From assembly GCF_964194025.1 (NCBI RefSeq), contig NC_134469.1, positions 66,960,001 through 67,024,000 on the forward strand: a stretch of DNA of 64,000 bases, read 5' to 3'. The notes beneath the pieces are model-generated. The model was not told where the DNA came from. It searched no databases and saw nothing but the letters and a program-made list of their open reading frames with translations. The position numbers and the translations under genes were made by a program. This document shows positions 1-10,185 of the stretch, piece after piece. The number at the start of each line of letters is the position of its first letter. Position 1 is the stretch's first letter. The DNA is from Convolutriloba macropyga (Eukaryota).

Positions 1-427
1 TGCTTGTAAAACCTTGTAAAATGAAACTTCTTGATTTACAGTTTGCAAGTAATACCAGCTGGAGCGTTATTGTTGCGTTAAATATTTAGTCGATTGTTAC
101 CCATGTGTTAGGGTGATAATAGCCACAGGCGTTTGTTTCTCAATAATTCAATTGCTCCTTCACCGTCACGCGTGCTCTATTTTCTTACCTAGATTAGCCG
201 GAGGTTGGCTAGAGCACGCGCCTGCACAATCAGTTGATTTGGTCTCACTTTCCGTGTTCACTTGAAAATGGTAGTTGAGATAGTGAGTGGGCTTAGTAGT
301 GTGCTGCGTTGGAGCTGTTAGCGTTCCTTTATAGCCCATTTTACGATCAATTGATAATATGGGGGCTAAGTTTGTGTGCAAAAGGTGTTCGGAATTAGCG
401 ACTGGTGGTTTTAATTAGAGTTCATTT

Positions 428-592
428 AATGACGTCGCGTGTTTTCGCTTCAACTTTTCTTCAGCACATCTGGTTGAATTTCTTGCTTTTCTCTGATTGG
501 CCAATTTGTTCAAACTTATCGACTGTAGCTAATTCAGCACATATGTAGCCAATGTTCTTGACAATCACCTTTAAACCACCACCACCACCAAT
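428..592 (+). promoter_or_regulatory. Candidate netrin proximal promoter: CRE-like site and clustered CCAAT boxes
   Basis: TGACGTC at about 430-436, back-to-back ATTGG/CCAAT at 496-505, and CCAAT at 549-553 and 588-592, all within 300 bp upstream of the ATG. Motif presence only; the TSS is unknown. Confidence 0.3.
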
Positions 593-700
593 TGATTGTC
601 AAATACCCTTTCTCTCACTTTTACTCAATCCAAATAGAGATCGCTATTCCACAAAACCACACTTCACTCTGCATAATCTTCAAGTATTGAACGGAAAACA

Positions 701-2536
701 ATGCGCTTTGTAGAACTTTATTTAATTATTATTGCCACCTTTTGCATTGCGGGAGTCTTATTGACCACTCCTTGTTATAACGCTAAAAATAATCCAGTTT
801 TTTGTAACCCTGAATTTGCCAACATCGTCCAAAACTACCGAGCAAGTCTGTCCGCTAACAGCACGTGCGGCTCATCGCTAGAGGAAGAAAAAGTATGTCC
901 CGTTTTCTTTTCGGTCACGACCACGGGGGCGTTAGAGCCGCCAGTTCCGCCCTACAGCAAGGCGGAATGCGAGCTGTGTGATTCTCGAAGTGTGGTCGAA
1001 AATCGACAGCATCCAGTGGAACACATTACGAAAGCGACGTACTTTGGTTCCGGGAATCAGCTATGTTGGATGTCGCAACCTGGTGAGAAACAACCAGTTA
1101 TGGTTGAGATTGATTTTGGCAAACTGATGGATGCTCTCTACATGGTATTGCGCTTCTGTAATGAGCCTGCAACTGATATTGCGATTTATAAGACGAGTGA
1201 CTTTGGAGCTTCTTGGTACCCGATTCACTACATCAACGAAAACTGTAAAGAGAACAAAGGTATCGACCCTGATAAAGATGTTGTTGAAAATCAGCCATCC
1301 TGTGGACCACTTCAGAAGCAACAGAACCAGCTTTTTGGACTGTACAGCGCTGCACATAACCAAAGAAATTACGACGACAGAGAACTGCAGAGTAGAAAGT
1401 TGGCTACCGGGTTCCGTGTAGTTTTTCATGGATATGCTCCTGAAACTGACCGTGATGATTCGTACCAATTCTTCTCATTATCAAGCATGGAAATTGGTGG
1501 GCAGTGCCAGTGCAATGGACACGCAAGCTCATGCAAGAGCGATGGTGCAAGAATCCGTTGTGAATGTGAGCACAACACATATGGGTCCGACTGTGAGTCA
1601 TGTCACCCCTTCTACCAGGACCTACCGTGGCGACCTGCAACTGCCGAGAGAGGGTTCGAGTGCAAGAAGTGCTCTTGCAGTGGCCACTCAGACGAATGTT
1701 ATTTCGACCAGGACATCTTTGACGAGAGTGGTGAGGTGAGTGGCGGTGTCTGTTTGAATTGCAAAGACAATACAAGAGGAAGATTCTGCCACGAATGTGC
1801 GGAGGGATACTACCGCACCCCCAATGAGCCAATTGACAGCAAAAATGCATGCACTAAGTGCGGCTGTCATGAAGCAGGTAGCTTGCATACCGACAGATGC
1901 CACCCAATCACGGGACAGTGTATGTGCAAGGTACACGTGATAGGAAGGAACTGTGGCTCGTGCCAGGACGGCTACAAAATATCGGCAGATAACGAAATTC
2001 CCTGTGTCAAAGAGAAAGAGGAAACCAAGTTAAAACCGCCCAAGAAGCAAAAGTTTGATTTGGACGAGGAGGAGGCTACAACTCCAGCCTGGTGGAAGAA
2101 AGATGCCTCGCCCGGCGGGATGCCAGCTGACGAACCAGTTTGTCAGTCAAAAATAAACCGCGTTCTTAAGTTTGACGCCTATTGCAAGTACGAGATGGCC
2201 ATGCGAGTGACAATGACGTCATTTTCTGAGAAGACAGCCGATGGAAAATTTCACATGCACAAACTGAAGGTGACACAGCATCTGTACAGCACTTCAGGTG
2301 GTCGATTGCCCGATGAGATTTTAGTATCAGTGCCATCAGACGTTGCGGGATCCTGCATAAATTTCGACAAGAACACGGACTATTATATCCTGGCTAACAA
2401 CTGGGCAAGACACATGAGACAGGCATCTACTGTTTACTCGCTCACCGCTGATGATACAGTCCTCAAAGTCAAAGATTCACTCCGCAAGAAAATGGCAAAG
2501 TTCAGACAAAAACAAGTCAAGCAGAACAAATGTTAA
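701..2536 (+). CDS. NTN1: Netrin (netrin-1/UNC-6 class), single coding exon, 611 aa: signal peptide, laminin N-terminal (LN) domain, 3 laminin-EGF (LE) repeats, C-terminal NTR/C345C domain
   Basis: Uninterrupted ORF with a hydrophobic N-terminus. LN motifs CWMSQ, LRFC and [14 protein letters not shown] resemble netrin-1 CWQSE, LQFC and AIYKSMDYGRTWVP. Three LE repeats follow (CQCNGHA..., SGGVCLNC..., TGQCMCK...PCVK), then an NTR domain starting C..YCK and ending [12 protein letters not shown]. Exact orthology to NTN1 versus paralogues was not tested. Confidence 0.93.
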   Translation: [611 protein letters not shown]

Positions 2537-3029
2537 ACCCCAGACACGAAATGATACAATGAACTAATTTTAATGGACCAATTTTGTATTTTTATACGCG
2601 TATGTAGCTGAAAGCAGCTCGTGACGATTTTTAGAGAGAGTTTAGAGTCAAATTTGGAATGAAGAGAAACGAAAGGCGCCTTCCATTTGAAAGACTTTAC
2701 CCGACTGCCGCTTCTGGAATTATTATGAATTTTGTTTTCATATAGAAGATGTTTTCTCTTCTTTAGTTGCCTGCAGAACGTTATGTAGTAATATTTTGAA
2801 TTGCGTAATTTAACAGCAACTTTTTATACCTTTTGGGGACTTGAGGTTATGCAATCTTCAATAGCAAAGGAACGATTTTTGAGTCTGGATACCCTGGCCG
2901 AACAGTTTGCTCCCGTGTAATAGTAAAATGTAATGTGTCAAAAACTAAGTTGTGCTATCGAAATACATTTGTTAAATGCTGGAGTTTATAGAAGTTTTTG
3001 TACTACCGGAGTTTATTTTGAGCGTTTTT

Positions 3030-3296
3030 TTTCTCGTCTGACCACTTGACTTTTCGTCCTCAAAAATTGGATCTCCCTTCACCACTCCGCGCACTTCGCA
3101 TGCTACCCTCATCCCACTCGTAACCCAGCAGGTTTGACCCCCCCCCCCCCCCCCCCCCCCCCTCCTCACTCCGTTCTGTCCCCCCTCCCCCATGAAGCTT
3201 AAGCTAGCCTCCCTGAGTCGCAGCGATCTACTGACAAAGGCAACCGCTCGCCAGTTGTTTCAGAGCAACTCACCCAACGTCAATTGATTGTTTTTA
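3030..3296 (+). mobile_element. 5'-truncated HINE family B copy with poly-C tract
   Basis: The 3' block aagctagcc...ctactgacaaaggcaaccgctcgccagttgtttcagagcaact matches the copies ending at about 23002 and 35905. C-homopolymer at about 3138-3162. Confidence 0.6.
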
Positions 3297-5395
3297 GTTG
3301 TTATGCACAGTTTTTGAATCTTAATAAAATGGTGGGTGACACCAAGCGTGATAAAAATTTCAACAATCTTTTCTAACAACTCTGAAAGAATAGCTGGAAT
3401 TCGATTGCCTACGAGATTGCCTTCGATTATCTACGAGATTTCAAAGCGCATAAATTTTAAAAGTAATTTAAAAAGATCAAAATATCAATTTTGGAGAAAA
3501 AAATTAACTGAAAAATACGCTATATATTTAGTTTTTTTTTGTAGCTATATGGGTAAATTCGCCAAACTGAAAAAACTTCTGTTAAGAAATAATAGTTTTA
3601 AATTACTGATCCGAATTTTGATAATTTAATAGGGGTCTTTTAGAGCTATCTCCTAGAGATTATTTTTAGAGTCAATAGTTAGTAACCAGATTGTGTTAAA
3701 TTTATATAAGCTTAGATCTTTGATTGTTTTTTGAAAATTGTGTTCTCAAAAATTTGTCATGGGTCTAACCTGTCATGGAAAAATTCAAGCCTAGCAATAT
3801 AAATATACTTGAGCAAATGTAAGTATACCAACTGTGCAAACACTGTATTGCATGTTAAGGTACTTTGGCGTCTCAGTATTTTGAGAATTGATTTAAGTCT
3901 TGGGGAATGAGTATTTATGATTTTCTTGATTTCTTGGAAGTCATACAATCAGCATATATCGTATCTTTGAAATCATAGGAGGACTGTGCAAGGAAATACG
4001 TTAATATTTGTATTGTACCATATAGGATCCTTGTTCGACTTTTAAGAAATAGCGACCCGGGTAATGTTTCTAAATTCTTTTAAGGCATCACAACAATATG
4101 CAGATGGGAATGAATGTCTCTTAGTTTAGAAGTCATATTCTTTCTGAGTTCGTTTTGAGACTACAGATGTACGAAGGAAAAGCAGGTTTTTTTAGGAAAT
4201 CAGCTAGTCACAAATGGAGAATCATATGTCACAGGTAGTCGGTTTTTTCTCGAAAAAGTATAGAATTCCTTGGTTTGAGTTCAAAGTTGACAATAGTCGA
4301 ATTGCTGATTTATGGAGAAATAGTTATTGCCTTACTGACTTTTCATTGGGGCTTTTATCGTTTTATATTTTTTACAAGTTTTTGAAAATTTGAACGATTT
4401 TATAAGTTTTGAAAATTTGAACGATTTTATACTGAAACATTTTTCAATTCAAATGGTCGGTTAGTGTTGATTTTTCGTTTTTAAGTGATTTTTCTTGATT
4501 GCTGCTTCCCATTCTTGATTGCCATGTCTCATTGAACACCTTGTTTCTTGCCCTCTGTCGTCGGGATCCTGAAGCAGCTGGCTATCATTTGTTTACTTTT
4601 TAGATCACCTTAAGGCCAATAGATTTGCGTTCGACGTTTTTGGTATTAGTCCCGCTATTTAGTACCCCTTATTTTCACGAAGTAAAAATTCAGTTTTTGA
4701 GTCAGAATTGTTCCAATTTAAAATCACATTTTTGAAACAAATTTTTCACCATTACAGGTAGTCTTTAATCATCTTGCCTACCCTACGCTAGTCATCTTAT
4801 CTTGTCTACTTGTGAAATTCAAAGAAAACGCAGCCTTCGCTCTCCAGAAATTCTAATGCAAAGTTGATGAACATCAACCAAGTTTCAGAGAAAAGAGAAA
4901 GCAAGATCGCAATTTATTTTTATCTTTCTTTTCCTAATGTTGAACACAAATGCAAACTTGGCAATAGTTGAACAAACCTGAAAACATCGCATTTTGTGAC
5001 AACTTTCTTTTTACTGTAAAATTTGATTGTGTTTATCGACTTAACATTGGGATTTTAATTGAACGTTGCGTTTTATCTGAATTACATTGGTAGACGAGGG
5101 GACTAGTGTGGGGAACTCAATGAAATTGTTTTAGAGTGGGCGTTCTATTGCCTCAAAAATTGAATTTTCACTTCGGACAGCTAGGAGGTGCTAACTTACT
5201 TTTCGCGTTCAGTATAGCACGTTCGAGAGAAAATCTAGATCACTAGCTCCCTATAGATTGATTTCAGTTACTAAATCGGAATGTAACAAATAACATTAAG
5301 GGTAAACAAAACATGAGCTCAAAATAGGGCTGCGGAACTGAGCCAGTTGTTTGTATACTCTTGGGTCAGAGAATTCCACGTAGAAGAACGACGTA

Positions 5396-5961
5396 CACTC
5401 ATTGACAAAAGTAAACGCGCAAAATGAAATTTAACATGATAAACTACCTGTTTCTAAATACAATTTTAGTCAATCTAATATTGGTGGTTTCTTTTGATTT
5501 TTATAATAATCGAGACATATCCGTCAGAAGTTTAGTAGATCCTAATTCAGAGAAATTGACCGGCCTACTTACAGAGAAATACAGATATAAGTTGTCCAGT
5601 TTACTGTCAGCAGCAGTGAGTTGAGTTCACGTGAAATCTGTTCAACTTGATCAACCTCCATTAGTTCAAGCCCCAAAAAATTTGCATTATCAAATCAACG
5701 ACTTTATGATCGCGTTGAACAGATTTCACGTAGAACAACTCACTGCTGCTGGCAGAAAACTGGTCAACTTCTTTCTGGTTATCCGTAAGTAAGTCTGCAG
5801 TTTTTCTGAACTAATATCTTTTAAACTTTTGATTAATTTTCGTCGGTTGGTATAAACATCGAAAGAAAACACCAATTTTATGTTGACTGAAGTGAATTTC
5901 AAAAACAGGCAGTTTTCTATGTAAAATTGCATTTTGTGAGTTTACTTTTGTCAACGAGTGT
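5396..5961. mobile_element. Long inverted repeat / fold-back MITE (arms about 250 bp, spacer about 70 bp)
   Basis: 5396-5646 (acactcattgacaaaagtaaac...cacgtgaaatctgttcaac) is a diverged reverse complement of 5715-5961 (gttgaacagatttcacgt...gtttacttttgtcaacgagtgt). Confidence 0.8.
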
Positions 5962-7599
5962 CGGCATATGCTTTACTGCGCATGTAAGTAAAACGCGCAA
6001 ATAAGTAAAACTACCCTAAATAGCTTAATGTAATAGGCTGCACGCATCGATAAGATTTTCAACTTTTCCAAAATGTCTCAATACGTGAGTTTACTGCGAC
6101 TTTGTGTGATTCTCGGTTTGAAAAAAGGGGGTAGATCTTGATGAATTTTGAGACTTTTTGATTCTCTAAATTAGAACAAAAATCTTCGGCCTTGTACTCA
6201 GCACTGGAGAGCGAGAGCCCTCGTTTCAAAGCTCAATTCTCTCATGTCACTCAGATTTATGTTCTCGCCCCATAAATACTTAGTTTTTGTTTTTCGTTAC
6301 TAATAATTTCAAACTGAGTACTTGGTTTGAATTCTTCAATGTCTCGGTGAATCCTAATGCAAATATCCAATTCACACAGGTGTTCTAAGTGCATGCTTGT
6401 TAATAAAAGCAGCACGAGGGGAAAAATTTCATACCCCGACACCCAGTCTTTTGCCCCATTGCTGGCTGCCAGAGTTTTTGTTTATTTGTTTGTTTGAGAA
6501 ACAAAGGTAACATCTTAGCTTTCGAAGATGTCAGAAAGGGCTCTGTAGGCGATGCTCCGTTATGCTCTGCTTTTTTGTCATTTTAGTTTCATTGGCTCTC
6601 AAACAAGATTTTTAAGCTGTTATTTGGGTCCTGTTGTTCTTTTTCATGCAATTTTTCGTCTGGCGCTTTGACTTGTCCTCAAGAACGAAAAAACTGGTAA
6701 ACCCGAAAGCACTAAGTCTGCTCTTAGAGATCTACTTATCGCTATGTTTACGTTTCACCAAAAGTCCTGAGGAGGGATAAATTAATGCTTTGAAGGTCAA
6801 TTTATTTGTATATCACCATGCTTATTTGATGTGCTACAGCTAAAATCTTAAGCTAGAATTGATTAATATTTTTCTAATCCTTTTTATTTCTGAATATTGT
6901 TTTGCCTGGTTTTAGTTAAGAACGTGTTATGGTGTGTGATACACAGTTCAGTTTTTAGCATCCGATGAGAACTTTCCTATTCGGTCTTAACCCCAAAGTT
7001 TACAATAGAAATTATCACTCCTTCTTAGTTGAACGTATTCTGACTATATTGTATATCGGATTATACTCTCGGTGGTGAGCTCTTTTCCACAAAATCATTT
7101 TTTTCGCCTTCAAATTTGAGTGTCGGACAAGATTATTTGTACTCGGTCTAAGAATCCTAATTTTTTTTAAAATTCTGTCAATATCTCGATCTCGAACGTT
7201 AATGATAAAGTTGAAGAAAAATATACTTTATTAATGAGCAGATACGTGTTACAGTTTTTATAACACAACTGAGTCGAATCTCGCATTGTTTAAAGTTTAG
7301 TTTTATTGTTTTTTAGCGCGTGTGTTTGTGCATTATGCTGTATTATGATATGATATTCTGCGGTGAGATATAAGATTGATTGCCATATGACTGATGGAGG
7401 TAAATTTTGTTGTTTTTCTGGCTAAATATTTGAAGAATTTTTATGGGGGGCTCCAGTACCGCGAGAGCGATCGGTTGTAAGTGATAGACCATTACTTTGT
7501 GGCGCTTCAGGTGAGAAAAATAGCCCTGATAAGTACTCTTCACAAATTATGATAATTGAAACGCTTAATTATTAGATTGAGTTTGCGCCTTTCAAGTGA

Positions 7600-8250
7600 G
7601 CTCACGCAAACTCGCTCTCGCTTTTGATTGCTGCCATTCGATTAATCGTCAAGTAAACGAACCTCTCTTTAGAAGTTAACGAGGAGCAGTCAACTCGCGT
7701 TTGATATTTGGTGTGACACTTGTGCTAAAATTTGAGCGAACCAACTCTACATCAAACAACAAAAATAACCACATGAAAGTAAATATTCACCACTGATAAA
7801 ATGATCTCTTTTTGAGGTGATGCAGATATGTGATGTGCAAACGGCGGAATTCTCCAGTGTATGTGTTAAATTTTGAATGAAAATTTGAGTAAAAACGATA
7901 CTGACGGTATTTTATGTTCATGTGATAAGGCTTTTCCGATGAGGAATGAATATTGAGAATCGGTGATGTGGTGGAAATGGAAATCATTTTTTCTCACTGG
8001 ACAAAATACGGCGTTTTGTTTTCCGTAAAAATTATTTAACGTAACTAAATGTATAAAGTATACGCAGCTTTTTTTGAGTGATGAAATTCTTTTATATGCG
8101 TTGATATAAAAGAATTTCATCAGCGTTGACATACGCATCTTCAAAAAAGTGGAAAGTGAAACCAGTTCTCTATCATTTTTTTTCGCTGAGCGTGGCTTTT
8201 TAATGGAATTATTATGGTTGCTGTATTATGCACAATAACACTCTGGAATG
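7600..8250 (+). pseudogene. Possible decayed Helitron PIF1-type helicase fragment
   Basis: Broken frames give motif remnants in the expected order: IAA (about 7627), LIF (about 7701), KMISF*GD (about 7798-7821; cf. GGKxxxxGGD) and E*ILRIGD (about 7944-7967; cf. WLLxIGDG). Heavily degraded. Confidence 0.35.
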
Positions 8251-8429
8251 ATGAAATTGGAAATAATAAATTGCCTGCTATGTGATAACACCTGAATTTT
8301 TGAAATTTAAATACAAGAGTTCCTGCTTTCTTTGAATGGGCATTTGTTAATTTTTCAAATCTTGGGTATCAATCGTGAGGCTCTTGTACGCTGAGTTGCA
8401 TTTTTGAGGAAAATTAGGCGGTTCAGATA

Positions 8430-8831
8430 CCCTATGGTACGAAAAACTACATACAGCACATTCTGTGCTCTTTAAGCGTCATTTTTGGTCAAAACGTTCC
8501 ATTTGCGCTAATGCGTGAAAAAAGACATTTTTTGATGATTTAAAAGAGTTTTCATTTTCGTTTCCTCTACTTACACAGAAAAGATGGTTGAGCGGCTTTG
8601 TTTTTTTTTTCACTGTTTGCCACTTTGTTGCGATTGGAAGTGTCTTGAAGTGGTTGCGATTGTAATCTGACTGAGAAGTGAAAACTGTACAAACCGTCTA
8701 ATAGCTGTTTTAAAAGTTTAATACTCAATGACTCGTTACTAGAAAACTTATATGGAAATACCGCATTTTTTAATGTTTGGGGCGCTGTTTAAAAATTGTT
8801 CAGGTGTGCGTAGCTTTTTGGTACCATAGTG
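8430..8831. mobile_element. Tc1/mariner-type MITE with TA target-site duplication
   Basis: ta|ccctatggtacgaaaaactacatac ... gtgcgtagctttttggtaccatagtg|ta: imperfect terminal inverted repeats of about 25 bp flanked by TA on both sides. Confidence 0.7.
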
Positions 8832-9889
8832 TATATAAAACATTTGGTTTTAGCAGAATTGTTGGTATCTTAGAAGTTGTTGGTCTCTAGGCTGCCAGGA
8901 TCTAAACTAGGATGGAAAGCGACGTAACTTTTTTAAATAATTGTTTTAAATTAGGCAAACTACTTTAAAATTTATTAGAATTTGATCACTCCCTCTAATC
9001 GCACGAATGACTTCAAGTGAAGAGGGTTAAATTAATGGTGTGGTGTTTTTTAGTAAAATCTTTCAAAACGAAGTGTTTTATAAGCTTCTGGAGTTTCCTC
9101 TTCAATTTCTTTGAGATCTGTCCTTGCTGTTTTTGCTACTGTTATTTTCGGTACAAAGGAAATTGAAAGATCACTGTTTCTACTCAAAAACAATGTCAGC
9201 TTCATTAGTTGCTAGACTCAATTTTATAATCATATTGCCTATTGCCTATCGGATGAACATTTATTTTTTAGGTTTATTTTTTAGCCTGAATACCGGCAAT
9301 CAAAGCAAAATTTACATTAAACTTGTATATTTTTTAAAGTTTTTCTAGCTCTATGGTTTTAATTTCACGCATTGAGGAAAGGAACCAGTCATTTTGAGAA
9401 AAAAAAATGCGGAATAGTCACCAAAGCATTGAACTAATTTTTTGACCAAAAGTTTACGTACACTCCAAAAAGCATATAGCAGTTATTACTATGAACTGTT
9501 CATTTGTTGGTATGAAAGCTTACAATGTCTTGCTTGAATAAATTGTCAAGTCAAGTTGAACTTGATTGTTTTTCCAAAGAGTTGGTACTAGCATCCTAAT
9601 AATTGTCTGCATCTTTCATAATTAATACATCAAGATTAGAGTACCGGTAACGAAATCTTTCAATGACCCAATAATAAACGTAGCTGGATTAATTTTTTGG
9701 AAAATAAATTTGACTTGTCAGTACAAAACAAAAGTAAACTCATTTTTTCTAAGAAAAGAGCATATTTTTTTGATATTCTTATTTATTATTTCAGATTGCA
9801 TGTACCGAGTTATTCTTTGTACCGACTTAAATTTTAATTTGAACGTTACTTCGAAAAAGTTTTGCTACATGATAAATCTTTTTAATGTT

Positions 9890-9954
9890 TTTTAACCATG
9901 CTTTGTGTTTTAACCATGCTTTGTTTTTTAACCATGCTTTGTTTTTTAACCATG
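9890..9954. repeat. Minisatellite, about 18-bp unit ttttaaccatgctttgt(t/g), 3.5 copies
   Basis: Directly visible tandem copies. Confidence 0.9.
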
Positions 9955-10185
9955 GTGCATTCAATTGAATAGGTGTTGTCGAGTTTCTCACAACTTATTG
10001 CTTTACTTTAGGATCTATAGGTGCTCTTGAAAAAAATACTCAAATTAATAAGAGAACTTTTTTGTCAATAATTTGTACGAATTTTCAATGTTGGTCTCAA
10101 GAAAAATTTCAAATTTTAATCATATATATATAATTTTAATCACTTGCGTTTTTCAAAAAGCATAATTGATTACAAACCTAAATTT

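Noticed and set aside
1061-1936. Five ORFs overlapping netrin on both strands
   Set aside because: Shadow ORFs of a GC-richer coding region with no recognisable domains.
3740-4330. Possible Penelope-like RT remnant on the minus strand (e.g. YDFQEIKKIINTH)
   Set aside because: Only vague resemblance and no intact catalytic motif; needs a blastx to decide.
5424-5932. Two similar convergent small ORFs (66 and 68 aa) that look like paralogous peptides
   Set aside because: Their similarity is fully explained by the DNA inverted repeat.
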